DNA from: Cenarchaeum sp.
GTDB lineage: Archaea; Thermoproteota; Nitrososphaeria; Nitrososphaerales; Nitrosopumilaceae
Reading direction: 5' to 3'
Assembly (NCBI GenBank): GCA_963692915.1
Contig: OY843584.1
Coordinates: 320,001-384,000 of the forward strand
Length of the DNA: 64,000 bases
Notes under the pieces: generated by a model
Seen by the model: only the letters and a program-made list of their open reading frames with translations
What the model was told of the DNA's origin: nothing
Databases searched by the model: none
Made by a program: the position numbers and the translations under genes
Shown here: one piece after another, positions 18,123 to 28,178 of the stretch
How the letters are laid out: each line of letters starts with the position of its first letter
Position numbering within the stretch: position 1 is the stretch's first letter

Positions 18123-19196
18123 TTGATGGGGAACACTGGGCGCATATTGGTTACCGGGGCGCTCTTTGCCATAATGCTCATGTCAGCGCCGATGGCCGCC
18201 TTTGCCCAGACGGGATCGCTGGCTCCACGGCTGGCAGTGACCGTTGACGCCGCCGGCCCGTACTCACAAGGGGACACAGTCACTGTATCTGGCACGATTC
18301 GCGAAGTGATTGAAACGTCTCCGGATCTGACGATCAGGATACACCTCGCCCCAGAGGGAGAAGAATCTGCAGTAATACCTGCTCCAACCGGCCAGAGTTT
18401 CCCGGCGTTTGTAAAGATAGCCCAGGTGAAGGCGTCCGAGCTGACCGACCTCTCGTTCACCACAGAGATCAGGGTTGGCGGTCCGCAATGGAACAGGTCT
18501 GGTGACTATATCGTATATGCGCAGTATGGCTCGTACAACGCACAGACGACGTTCAACTATATCTCTAGTGGAACATCGCCAACGCCGCCGACTCCGCCAG
18601 CCGTGGCGCCTGAACCAGAGCCCGTTGCGCCGCCGGCACCAGAACCGCCGGCACCAGAACCGATAATTCCGCCGCCACCGCCACCGCCCCCACCACCGCC
18701 GCCACCGGCACCAACGACTGATCCAATCCCGACGCCAACATGCGGTCCGGGCACGTCGCTAAAGGATGGTGTCTGCGTTCCAGACGCAAGGCCGGGTGGC
18801 GCGTGCCTCATAGCGACTGCGGCGTATGGCACGGAGATGGCCGCCGAGGTTCAGATGCTGCGCGAGCTGCGTGACACGACGCTACTCGGGACGGGCTCGG
18901 GTTCGGCGTTCATGGCCGCGTTCAACGGCGTCTACTATACGTTCTCGCCAACAGTCGCAGACCTCGAGAGGCAGAGCCCCGAGTTCAGGGAGGTCGTGCG
19001 CGCCCTCATCACGCCGATGATATCGTCGCTTGCGATAATGTCACTTGCCGACGGTGGCTCGGATTCTGACGTGCTCTCGCTGGGCATGGCAGTCATAGCG
19101 CTCAACATCGGCATGTATATCGCCGCACCGGCAGCCGTAGCCGTGACAGTCAAAAAGGCCGTCTCAAAGCGCGCGCGTGCTCACGAGACCCCCTAG
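18123..19196 (+). CDS. CFI-box-CTERM surface protein with Pro-rich linker
   Basis: Signal peptide, poly-Pro tract, CGPGT, GGACLIATAAYG...LRELRD, C-terminal TM. Confidence 0.9.
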   Translation: MMGNTGRILVTGALFAIMLMSAPMAAFAQTGSLAPRLAVTVDAAGPYSQGDTVTVSGTIREVIETSPDLTIRIHLAPEGEESAVIPAPTGQSFPAFVKIAQVKASELTDLSFTTEIRVGGPQWNRSGDYIVYAQYGSYNAQTTFNYISSGTSPTPPTPPAVAPEPEPVAPPAPEPPAPEPIIPPPPPPPPPPPPPAPTTDPIPTPTCGPGTSLKDGVCVPDARPGGACLIATAAYGTEMAAEVQMLRELRDTTLLGTGSGSAFMAAFNGVYYTFSPTVADLERQSPEFREVVRALITPMISSLAIMSLADGGSDSDVLSLGMAVIALNIGMYIAAPAAVAVTVKKAVSKRARAHETP

Positions 19197-19226
19197 ATTA
19201 TTATACACGGGCCGTGTGCGGGACGC

Positions 19227-19553
19227 GTGATGAACATAGAGTACGAGGAGTTTGGAACCGTCGAGGACATCTTCCTCTACATGTCAGCGGCGGCGGCCCC
19301 GATGAAGAACACGATGCCAATAAGCTCGTACAAGGGCTATGTCATGTCATTCATACCGCTCAGCCCCGCCACGGGCGAGTCTTACCTCATGATCTACACA
19401 AAGGGAGAGCTCGAGCCGGGCATCTACGAGTTTGACGTCTCGACAAAGTCGCACAAGGCCGTAACGTCGATCGAGCGCACGGACAAGGTCTACTTTGTAG
19501 TCATAAAGCCAACGCGCAACACGATCGCTGACAGTGCGCTAAAGGGCCTATAG
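19227..19553 (+). CDS. Conserved hypothetical protein
   Basis: 108-aa ORF with TTTATA box upstream. Confidence 0.75.
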   Translation: MMNIEYEEFGTVEDIFLYMSAAAAPMKNTMPISSYKGYVMSFIPLSPATGESYLMIYTKGELEPGIYEFDVSTKSHKAVTSIERTDKVYFVVIKPTRNTIADSALKGL

Positions 19554-19616
19554 GCCTCATTGCGTCTATCTTTGGTGGAGTTAGTCTACTGCGACAGGAA
19601 GCTTGTGCCAGAGTGC

Positions 19617-21209
19617 CTATAGCTTCTTTGTCTCTATCTTTGGGGCCGAGACTGACCTGCTGCGAGCGTGCGACTCGATCACCTCATCAGGCGTGCGCCC
19701 GTTAAAGAGGTTCTTGCAGAGCCCGCGCAGATAGCGCAGTATGGCCCACGTGCCGGCCTTTATGAGGCCGTACATGAAGACCTTCATTGGCGGCCCGTAG
19801 GACTTGTTGCGCAGAATTATGGGGATAATGTCGTTGATCACGCGAAGGTTGTTCTCCCAGCACTTCCAAAAGAGCGTAAACTGTGCCTCGTTGAGGTTGC
19901 CAAAGTGCATCGAGTTGCGCTCGCCAAAGTCCTGGTACAGCAGGGGCGCGACGAGACCCCGAAAGTCGCTCGCCCTAAAGTCAGTCATCATGTCCAGCGT
20001 GTACTGGACGTCATCGGGCGTCTCATCAGGCCAACCAATAATTATCGTCGCTGCCGGAAACCAGTGGTTGGCGTTGAGTATGCGTGCACCCTCGCGCACG
20101 ACGCTGCCCCACTCCTCTGGCCTGAACGGCCGCGTCTTTACGCCAAGGTGCTTTTTCACCATATCTGGAGCGACAGTCTCTATGCCGAGGTTAGTCGCAA
20201 GCCATCGCCCGCCCTTGTCCATCTCGTTTATCCTCGAGATGTCAGCCATGAGGTCAGGATCCGCCGCAACTGCCGAGAACGTCATGTGCGTCGTGCCGAC
20301 AAAATTTGCGCCAAGGCCCTTAAGGCCTGCCCAGAGGTCAGTTATCGCGTCGCGGTTTGGCCTAAAGTCGCGGTTGTCGCACCCGTACAGGAGCATCTCA
20401 TCAGAATGGAGCCAGACGGAGTCAAACCCATAGTCGAGATTTATCTTTGCCTCGCGCTGGAGCCTATCGGGTGGAAGGTCCTTCTTTGAGCGCTTGTTGA
20501 CGTCGCAAAAGTCGCACCCGCGCCCGCACCCGCGCATGGCCTCTATGAGCGAGTTGACCGTCGGCTTTTTTATCTCCGGGATGTTCTGTATGTTCTTGAC
20601 AAAGCAGTGCATGATCTCTGGCGCACCGCCGGCCTCAAGATCGTGAAAGAGGTCAAGGGCAAGCTCGTCGGCCTCGCCGACCACGACGGTGTCGATCCCA
20701 TGCACGCGCATCCTGTCAGGCTTTGCGAGCTCCCAGGCGCCGTTGCCCCCGACGACGACGTGAAAGCCGTGCTTCTTTTTGAGCTGTATGATAGTTGCGC
20801 ACATGCGCTTGAACTTCATCGCGATATATGACAGCTTTTCAGGGGACATCGTCGTAGTCACGGGAGCCATGCCGAGAGGATCCATGACGTTTATCCCGAC
20901 GACCTTTGTATTGGGCCCTATGGACTTTGTGAGATGCTCGGGGTTTGCGACAAAGACCTCGTCCTTGTCATAGCCCTGGTGCAGCGCGCTCTCGACCCTG
21001 CGCAGGCCGATCTGCGCGACCTTTGCCTCGCCCGTCACGGGATCTGTCTCCACTGCGGGGCAGAAGACCTTGTCAAATACCCATTCGGGCAGAACCTCGT
21101 ATGGCCCGCACGCGATAAACCCGTACAGAAAGTTGCCCCGATAGTTGGTCATGAGACTGCGGTCTGCTGTCAGGACTATACGTTTTCCGTCCAACGGCAA
21201 AAAGCCCAC
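19617..21209 (-). CDS. B12-binding-like radical SAM protein, GDGT ring synthase (Grs) homologue
   Basis: RGCGRGCDFC; N-terminal IVLTADRSLMTNY...GFIAC recalled as typical of the GrsA/GrsB family. Confidence 0.8.
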   Translation of the reverse strand: MGFLPLDGKRIVLTADRSLMTNYRGNFLYGFIACGPYEVLPEWVFDKVFCPAVETDPVTGEAKVAQIGLRRVESALHQGYDKDEVFVANPEHLTKSIGPNTKVVGINVMDPLGMAPVTTTMSPEKLSYIAMKFKRMCATIIQLKKKHGFHVVVGGNGAWELAKPDRMRVHGIDTVVVGEADELALDLFHDLEAGGAPEIMHCFVKNIQNIPEIKKPTVNSLIEAMRGCGRGCDFCDVNKRSKKDLPPDRLQREAKINLDYGFDSVWLHSDEMLLYGCDNRDFRPNRDAITDLWAGLKGLGANFVGTTHMTFSAVAADPDLMADISRINEMDKGGRWLATNLGIETVAPDMVKKHLGVKTRPFRPEEWGSVVREGARILNANHWFPAATIIIGWPDETPDDVQYTLDMMTDFRASDFRGLVAPLLYQDFGERNSMHFGNLNEAQFTLFWKCWENNLRVINDIIPIILRNKSYGPPMKVFMYGLIKAGTWAILRYLRGLCKNLFNGRTPDEVIESHARSRSVSAPKIETKKL

Positions 21210-21305
21210 CGCGCATTCTATATATCACTTGCCTATATGCACGCATAGGCGCGCCCTGGGCACTGGCTCCTCTTTAAATAATGGTATTCTTGGTCGCCGC
21301 CGCAG

Positions 21306-21857
21306 ATGGAGTACAAGACACGCTATCCGCGTACGGTGTCGTTTCTTGGTAACGTGCGCGAGCAGATACGCGCAGACCCGAAAACAGGCGTCGCGCAGCT
21401 CGAACTCGTCGTCAGAAAGAATATCGACGAGCTCTTTGGGATATTTGCGAGCGAGGGCTTTAAGCGTGTCTCCCTTGAGCACAAGAGACCCGGCCAGATC
21501 GGCCATGGTCTCTGCCTAAAGCTCGCCAAGCCCTGGGAGCTCCATGTCCGGATGACGGCGATCAGGGACGGCCTCGTGGCGATACACTCTGAAGTCGAAG
21601 TCTCGCGCGACTATCTCCAGCACACGTTCAGCCAGAGGACGCACGTCATATACGAGGTTGCCGATATGCTCCAGAGGCACAGCGTCGAGTATCGCATATG
21701 GAGTCGCAGCCTCAAAAAGTACGTTTCTAGCGTGATAGACGACTATCGCGTGAAGCTCGCCTCGCCGGCGTTTCCGGCTTTTGCGTGGAAGCCGATGCTC
21801 TTTGTCATTGCGACTGTGAGCATCATGTACCTGTGGAAGTACGTCAACACAATATAG
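21306..21857 (+). CDS. Conserved hypothetical protein with C-terminal TM helix
   Basis: KPWELHVR, EVEVSRDYLQH; TTTAAATA box upstream. Confidence 0.75.
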   Translation: MEYKTRYPRTVSFLGNVREQIRADPKTGVAQLELVVRKNIDELFGIFASEGFKRVSLEHKRPGQIGHGLCLKLAKPWELHVRMTAIRDGLVAIHSEVEVSRDYLQHTFSQRTHVIYEVADMLQRHSVEYRIWSRSLKKYVSSVIDDYRVKLASPAFPAFAWKPMLFVIATVSIMYLWKYVNTI

Positions 21858-21864
21858 GGTATAG

Positions 21865-21957
21865 TGCCGGAGGTGGGTTTCGAACCCACGACCTCCAGAT
21901 TATGAGTATTGCCTCTGGTGTGGACTGGCACTCTAGGCCAGGCTGAGCTACTCCGGC
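21865..21957 (-). tRNA. tRNA-Met(CAT), elongator type, intron in the anticodon stem
   Basis: GCCGGAG/CTCCGGC-A; CCAG[17 nt]A-CT-CAT-AA-TCTGG. Confidence 0.88.
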
Positions 21958-22010
21958 ACGATAGAGCGCGCGACAAGATGGCAAATTAAACCATTCCCTC
22001 TACTGCGCGG

Positions 22011-23582
22011 CTAGTACATGCGCTTTACCTTTTTCCAGGGGGTCTTTTCGTCCTGAACCCAGAGGAACTTGCGCTGGAGGGCGCCCGTGTAGACCTTTTC
22101 CCAGTTCGCGCCGACCTCGTCTATCCACGCCTTGACGACACGAGGGTCGACATAGTTGCGCAGCGACGTTCCGAGGTTATAGTCACTCGTCCTCTCGGCC
22201 AGGTCGAGCTGCATCTTTAGGCGCTCTATCCTCTCGGCCTTTTTCTCGGCCTGCTTGGGCGTCTTTGTCGGCTTTGCCCTGGCGTTTTTGAGCGTCTCGC
22301 GCTTTTTCTCCAGCGACTTTGCAAAAGTCTTGGGTATCGTCCTCTTGTGGTTTAGCATCTTTGCGGCCTCGAGGTTTGCCAGCTTTGCGTGATAGATCTT
22401 TGTGTTTGCCGACTTTGTGGCTATGTTGGCGTGGGTCGAGAGATACGAGTTGACGATGTTGGATCCCAGGTATGTCCTGAACACCTTGGCCGAGACGCCC
22501 TTTACTATGCCTGACAGGTACACATTGACGTTGCGCGACGTTATGTCGCCAAATATCTCCTCGCCGGCTTCCTTGCCCTCCATGAGGGCTTTGAGGTTGT
22601 CGCGAAACTGCGTGTCATCGCCCACCTTTAGCGTCTCGGTCCATCTCACGCTGTCCTTTCCCAAAAAGTCGAACTCTATGGCATCCTTGCTGACCTTTAC
22701 ATGCTCCTTTCTGAGCGTCGTCGCGCCAACGGTGTCAGCCTCGTCTGAGTCCTTTTCATCGCCGACCCTCATCGCCGTGCGGTATATGAGATAGCAGACT
22801 GTTGCGACGTTGCGCAGCCTCTCATTTCGGCTTGCCATGTCCCTTATCATGCTCTTCCTGACTTCGTCGATCTTGCCTGACAGCGTGACGGCCTTGTCGT
22901 ACTTTGCCCTGTCACGATCCTGCTTTAGGGACACGGTGTCAGCAAACCAGATGTACTTTGCCTTTTTTGTGAGGCCGTCGGTCCAGCACGCAAGCCATAT
23001 CGAGTCTGGCTTGCAGACGATCTTTTTCCAGTTGCCCGGCGGACGTGGTGCCTTTTTGCCCATGTTTAGCGTGACGTCCTTGTGCGAGATTGCGGCCTTC
23101 CACTTTCCTCTAAAGGGGTGTGCGCCGCGCCCTATGAATATGCCTGGTGGCTCGGCCATATAGTTGCCGACATCGACATCCTTGCCGTCAAGGATTGCCT
23201 TGCCATACTTTGCCTTTAGGTCCTCGCGGATGACCTTTCTTCTTTTTGCGAGATCTTTGCGCTCCTCCTTTGTCATGCGTTCGCGAGCCTCCTTTTCGCC
23301 GTCGACTACCTTGTATGCGGCACTAAAGTCAATCTCGTCATACTTGAGACCGCGGTACTCTGGGCCTAGCTCGCGTGCAAAGTCGGCTGTAAAATTTTTC
23401 TGAAAGACGGCGTCCTGCACGTATGGCGTGTCCTTTTTCTTGGCCCACTGGTATGCCATCTCCTCTGCAAGTGTCCCTAGATTTGTCTTCTTGCCGCGAA
23501 TTTTTACTGTGATGCCCTTTGTCTCAAATGGGGGCGGAAAGAGTATTCCCCTGTGCTCGAGCGTCTTCCACCTCATGCGCAC
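22011..23582 (-). CDS. DNA topoisomerase IB (thaumarchaeal)
   Basis: WKTLEHRG, EPPGIFIGRG, MRVGDEKD, FDFLGKDS, AKVFRTY, LNHKR, GTSLRNYVDPR. Confidence 0.96.
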   Translation of the reverse strand: MRMRWKTLEHRGILFPPPFETKGITVKIRGKKTNLGTLAEEMAYQWAKKKDTPYVQDAVFQKNFTADFARELGPEYRGLKYDEIDFSAAYKVVDGEKEARERMTKEERKDLAKRRKVIREDLKAKYGKAILDGKDVDVGNYMAEPPGIFIGRGAHPFRGKWKAAISHKDVTLNMGKKAPRPPGNWKKIVCKPDSIWLACWTDGLTKKAKYIWFADTVSLKQDRDRAKYDKAVTLSGKIDEVRKSMIRDMASRNERLRNVATVCYLIYRTAMRVGDEKDSDEADTVGATTLRKEHVKVSKDAIEFDFLGKDSVRWTETLKVGDDTQFRDNLKALMEGKEAGEEIFGDITSRNVNVYLSGIVKGVSAKVFRTYLGSNIVNSYLSTHANIATKSANTKIYHAKLANLEAAKMLNHKRTIPKTFAKSLEKKRETLKNARAKPTKTPKQAEKKAERIERLKMQLDLAERTSDYNLGTSLRNYVDPRVVKAWIDEVGANWEKVYTGALQRKFLWVQDEKTPWKKVKRMY

Positions 23583-23642
23583 ATACCATCCGTCGCCAAC
23601 TGGCGAAAATTCGCCGACATTGCGTATATCAACTTAGCGAGG

Positions 23643-24164
23643 CTAGGCGAGCTCGGCGCTTCCAAACAGAACCCTGAACGGCTCGCACCATATGAGGACC
23701 TTGTCATACATTGAGATGTCAGTGCCCTCGGGTATCGCATAGTTTTGGTTGCCGCGGTTGGCCCTGAGGTCCCCGAGGTCGACATAGTCTGAGGCCTCTG
23801 TGTCCACCGAGAGGTACACGTGAAGGCCCGGACCATTGGTGGAGAAAAAGTCCTCTAGCCTGAGTATCTCGCCGCCAGAGCCGGTCAGCTCGAGCACCTT
23901 GGCGGTTCCGCGCGCGTCATGGATGCCATCGCCCACGCCGACGAACGTTCCCGAGTATGACGCCATGGGCCCATCGACCATGGGCTCGCCGGCCATCCCC
24001 TCAGCACCAATGCCCTCGGACATCTCGGCCATGTCTGAGGACATTATGACGTCAGGGAGCGCCTCGTCTATGGTCGACTCGGTAAAGTATGGGCTCACTG
24101 CGTATATCGCGCCGCCCCCGACTGCTATTGCGATGACTGCTGCGACTATGCCTGCACGCCTCAT
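23643..24164 (-). CDS. DM13 domain protein, membrane-anchored
   Basis: GTFVG...HDARG, NGPGLHVYLS, GNQNYAIP, VLIWCEPFRVLFG. Confidence 0.9.
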   Translation of the reverse strand: MRRAGIVAAVIAIAVGGGAIYAVSPYFTESTIDEALPDVIMSSDMAEMSEGIGAEGMAGEPMVDGPMASYSGTFVGVGDGIHDARGTAKVLELTGSGGEILRLEDFFSTNGPGLHVYLSVDTEASDYVDLGDLRANRGNQNYAIPEGTDISMYDKVLIWCEPFRVLFGSAELA

Positions 24165-24308
24165 TGCGCGCACGTGGGGCAGATTTGGATATAAACCAAG
24201 CGTGGTCGTGGCGCCATCGCCCTCAAACCGGGTGGATGCGCACGTGCAAGAACCGGCCACGAACCAGCATAAACACAAATACCTACCACCGTTCACGGGG
24301 GAATCGAG

Positions 24309-25256
24309 TTGATCCCGCTTCCCACCGCACCGCGAGGCCGTCAAGAGGGCAGGGCCGGCGAGCCGGTCACGGGCACGCCGCTCCTAAAGCGCGGCTTTGC
24401 GTACATGCTCAAGGGAGGCGTCGTCATGGACGTCACGACAGTCGAGCAGGCGCAAGTCGCCGAGCAGGCCGGTGCCGTCTCGGTCATGGTTCTTGACAAG
24501 CTCCCGTCTGATGTTCGCAAGGCCGGAGGCGTTGCGCGCACGGCTAGCGTTCGCGTCATACGCGAGATCATGGACTCGGTGACGATTCCCGTGATGGCAA
24601 AGTGCCGCATAGGCCACGTCCATGAGGCCGGCGTGCTCGCCGAGGCAGACGTTGACATGATAGACGAATCAGAGGTTCTCACACCGGCTGATGAGCGGCA
24701 CCACATATGGAAGTGGGACTATGACACGCCATTTGTCAATGGCGCGCGCTCGCTAGGCGAGGCACTGAGGCGGATAGAGGAGGGCGCATCGATGATCCGC
24801 ACAAAGGGCGAGCCCGGCACGGGCAACGTGGCCGAGGCGATCACGCACATAAAGGCGGTAAACGATGGCATACGCAGCATACGCGCAATGCTCGAGGATG
24901 GCGACGAGCAGGAGCTCATCAGGGCATCGCGCGACCTTGGCGCCTCATACGAGCTCGTGGAGCAGACTGCGAAACTCGGCCGCCTCCCGGTCGTCAACTT
25001 TGCGGCAGGCGGAATAGCCACACCGGCTGATGCGGCGTACCTCATGTCACTTGGCTGTGACGGGATATTTGTCGGCTCGGGGATATTCAAGGCCGAGGAC
25101 GCCCTGGATCGAGCGCGCGCCGTTGTCCTTGCGACTACGTTCTGGAGGGATCCCGCACGCGTCCTGGAGGCGCAACGGATGATCGACGAGCGCAGCTCGA
25201 TGGCGGGCCTGGATGTCGCAAGCCTCGAGCTGCGCATGCAGGAGAGGGGCGAGTAA
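24309..25256 (+). CDS. pdxS: Pyridoxal 5'-phosphate synthase, lyase subunit
   Basis: [46 protein letters not shown]. Confidence 0.97.
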   Translation: MIPLPTAPRGRQEGRAGEPVTGTPLLKRGFAYMLKGGVVMDVTTVEQAQVAEQAGAVSVMVLDKLPSDVRKAGGVARTASVRVIREIMDSVTIPVMAKCRIGHVHEAGVLAEADVDMIDESEVLTPADERHHIWKWDYDTPFVNGARSLGEALRRIEEGASMIRTKGEPGTGNVAEAITHIKAVNDGIRSIRAMLEDGDEQELIRASRDLGASYELVEQTAKLGRLPVVNFAAGGIATPADAAYLMSLGCDGIFVGSGIFKAEDALDRARAVVLATTFWRDPARVLEAQRMIDERSSMAGLDVASLELRMQERGE

Positions 25257-25855
25257 TGGTGCGCATAGGCGTCCTCGCTACACAGGGCGACGTTGATGAG
25301 AACGTTGCGGCCGCACGCGATGCGCTTGGAGACTCGGGCGGCGCCGTTCGTGTGGGCACGCCGTCTGAGATCGACACGGTAGACGCGCTCATCATACCCG
25401 GGGGAGAGAGCACGGCGATAGGCCCGCTCTCCGAGATCGCCGGCGCGATGCGCGCGATCGCGCGCAGGGCTGAGGCAGACTCGATGCCCGTGCTTGGCAT
25501 ATGCGCCGGCCTCGTCCTCATTGGGGCCTCGGCGCGTGACCGCGTTGCGGGAGCCGGCGCGACGCCGCTTGGCCTCATCGACGTTGACGTTGAGCGCAAC
25601 TCGTTTGGACGCCAGCGCAACTCGTTTGAGGCCAGTGTGTCAATTCCTGGACTGGGCATAGGCGGTATCGTGGGCGCCTTTATCCGCGCGCCGACTGTCT
25701 CGCGCGCCGGTGACGGAGTTGAGGTCTTGGCCCGACTCGGCGAGAAAATAGTCGCGGTTCGCCAGGGCAACGCCATAGGCGTGTCGTTTCATGCCGAGCT
25801 TGGCAGCTCGGAGCTGCACCGCAGCTTTGCCAATATTGCCGCAGGCACCGCCTAG
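25256..25855 (+). CDS. pdxT: Pyridoxal 5'-phosphate synthase, glutaminase subunit
   Basis: GVLATQG, PGGEST, GICAG, RNSFGRQ, FIRAP, FHAEL. Confidence 0.95.
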   Translation: MVRIGVLATQGDVDENVAAARDALGDSGGAVRVGTPSEIDTVDALIIPGGESTAIGPLSEIAGAMRAIARRAEADSMPVLGICAGLVLIGASARDRVAGAGATPLGLIDVDVERNSFGRQRNSFEASVSIPGLGIGGIVGAFIRAPTVSRAGDGVEVLARLGEKIVAVRQGNAIGVSFHAELGSSELHRSFANIAAGTA

Positions 25856-28173
25856 CGGGCCTGCAGGCCGTGCATGGGACCAAGGTCGGCTGCATATTCG
25901 GTGAGGTCGGCGGGAATCTCCATGTCTATTGGGTCCTTGAGCGAGAGGCCGCGGCGCTTTTTCTCGTTCCAGACTGACGAGTTGAACTCTGTTATGGCCC
26001 GTGTCACCTCGCGCATCGAGCGCGCGCCCTGCGGTGAGGGCATGGACTCTGTGTGTATGCTTGTGCTCGAATAGAGGCTGCGCCATAGGTGGTCTGTGAT
26101 GAACGGCGTGATCGGCGCGAGGAGGCGCAGGACCGTGGAGAGGACCGTGTGGAGGGTGTGGCGTGCGGCATCGCGCTCCGCGTCATCAAAGCCATCTCCA
26201 TACGCGCGCGCCTTGGCCATCTCGACATAGTGCGCCGCAAACGTTCCCTTGACAAACTCCCTGACTGCAACTGCGGGAACGAAAAAGTTGTGTTCCGCAT
26301 ATGCGGAGGCGCACTCGGAAACGAGCGCGTCAAGCTCGCCGAGTATCCACGTGTCAGTCGCGCCTGCGGCACCAGCACCCTCGCCGGGGTCGGGGAACGC
26401 CGAGACGAGGCGCGCAACGTTCCATATCTTGCTGAGGGACTTTTTGGTCGACTCGATCTTTTCCTCATCACACCTAAAGTCCTGCCCGTGGCCGGCCTCG
26501 CATGCGCTCCAGAACCGAAACGTGTCTGCGCCCACGCGCCTGATGAGCGGGAGGGGGTCAATCACGTTGCCGCGGCTCTTGCTCATCTTGCCGCCACGAG
26601 AGTCGAGGCCATACCCCATCACCCATGCCTCGGCCCATGGAGCCTTGCCCGTGAGCTGGTCGCAGCGAAGGAGCGTATAGTAGAGCCACGTGCGCACAAT
26701 GTCCTTGCCCTGCGGCCTCACGGCGGCCGGATATGCCGCCGCAAAGAGTTTCTCATCTCGCCCGTATCCGGCAATAAAGAGGGGCGAGACGCTAGAGTCC
26801 ATCCACGTGTCAAACGTGCGCGTCTCGCCGGCGAGCGCACCGCCGCACTTTGTGCACTCTGGCCATGGTGCCTTCTCTGCCCACGGGCGGACATACTTGC
26901 CCGGCTCGGGGACGTGGGTCTCGCCGCATGACTCACAGCGCCATATGGGTATCTCGGTCCCATAGTAGCGTCGGCGCGATATGGGCCAGTCTATTGACAC
27001 AGAATCGAGCCAGTTGTAGAGTATCTGCCTGTGCGACTCTGGCCTAAACGTGATCTGCGCGGCAAGCTCGCGCATGCGATCCAGCGCGTCGAGCTGCCGC
27101 AGGTAATACTCCTCGAGCGGGACTATCTCTATGGGGTTTCTGGTGCGCTCGGAGACTGGAACGCTGTGCCGTATCCGCTCGCTCTTTGTGATCGTTCCGG
27201 TCTCCTCGAGGTCGGCAATGATCTTTGCGCGGGCCTGTTTTGGGCGCAGGCCTGCGTACTTGCCGGCCGCCTCTGTCATCCTGCCGTCGAGGCCGATCGA
27301 GGCGACCTCCTCGAGTCCAAGCTCGCGAAAGAGCGCAACGTCGTTCTGGTCGCCATAGCTGCACACCATGACGGCACCGGATCCAAACTCTGCCTTTGCT
27401 GACGGGTGCGCGAGAATCTTGACGGTGTTGCCAAATATCGGCACCGTTGCGCCCTTGCCTATGCTGCCGGCATGGCGAGCATCCTCGGCATTTACGACTA
27501 TGGCGCGGCACGCGCAGAGGAGCTCGGGTCGCGTGCTGGCTATCGTGATGGACCGGCCGCCCTCCACGGCAAAGTCCATGTGAACCAGGTCAGTCTCGGC
27601 CTCTGCGTGCGCAACCTCGGCGTCAGCGACGCTCGTTCCAGCCACCCAGTCATAGTTTGTGGGCCGCGTGGCGATGTAGACCATGCCGCGCCTCCACAGG
27701 TCTATGAACGTCGCCTGCGTGAGGGCGCGGTACTCGGCCGAGTCGGTCCTGTAGCGCCCCGCAATGTCAGCCGACATGCCAAGTGACTCTAGCGTCATGG
27801 CCATCTCGTCCTCGAGGTCGTCAAGTGACTCGGCGCAGAGCCTGATGAACTCGCCGCGCTCAGTCTCGGCCATGCGGATTCCATGCTTTTTCTCCGTGTA
27901 CAGCTCGACGGGGAGGCCGTTGCGGTCTATGCCGAGCGCAAAGTAGACGTTCTTGCCGGCCATGCGCTCGGTGCGCGCTATCATGTCGATCTGCGCATAG
28001 TGGGCCGCGGCCCCAACGTGCCATGGCCTGCCAGAGGGGTACGGTGGCGGCGTGTCAATGGTGTAGCACCTCTCGCCGGCCCTAAACTCGCATATGCGCT
28101 CGGCGGCCCATGCCTCAAGGAGCGGCGCCTCTAGTGCGGGATCCCACGCCTTTTGGCTGATGCGCGGCTCCAC
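25852..28173 (-). CDS. valS: Valine--tRNA ligase
   Basis: IDTPPPYPSG..HVG, DWPISRRRYYGT, DTWMDS, KMSKS. Confidence 0.96.
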   Translation of the reverse strand: MEPRISQKAWDPALEAPLLEAWAAERICEFRAGERCYTIDTPPPYPSGRPWHVGAAAHYAQIDMIARTERMAGKNVYFALGIDRNGLPVELYTEKKHGIRMAETERGEFIRLCAESLDDLEDEMAMTLESLGMSADIAGRYRTDSAEYRALTQATFIDLWRRGMVYIATRPTNYDWVAGTSVADAEVAHAEAETDLVHMDFAVEGGRSITIASTRPELLCACRAIVVNAEDARHAGSIGKGATVPIFGNTVKILAHPSAKAEFGSGAVMVCSYGDQNDVALFRELGLEEVASIGLDGRMTEAAGKYAGLRPKQARAKIIADLEETGTITKSERIRHSVPVSERTRNPIEIVPLEEYYLRQLDALDRMRELAAQITFRPESHRQILYNWLDSVSIDWPISRRRYYGTEIPIWRCESCGETHVPEPGKYVRPWAEKAPWPECTKCGGALAGETRTFDTWMDSSVSPLFIAGYGRDEKLFAAAYPAAVRPQGKDIVRTWLYYTLLRCDQLTGKAPWAEAWVMGYGLDSRGGKMSKSRGNVIDPLPLIRRVGADTFRFWSACEAGHGQDFRCDEEKIESTKKSLSKIWNVARLVSAFPDPGEGAGAAGATDTWILGELDALVSECASAYAEHNFFVPAVAVREFVKGTFAAHYVEMAKARAYGDGFDDAERDAARHTLHTVLSTVLRLLAPITPFITDHLWRSLYSSTSIHTESMPSPQGARSMREVTRAITEFNSSVWNEKKRRGLSLKDPIDMEIPADLTEYAADLGPMHGLQAR

Positions 28174-28178
28174 CGGAA

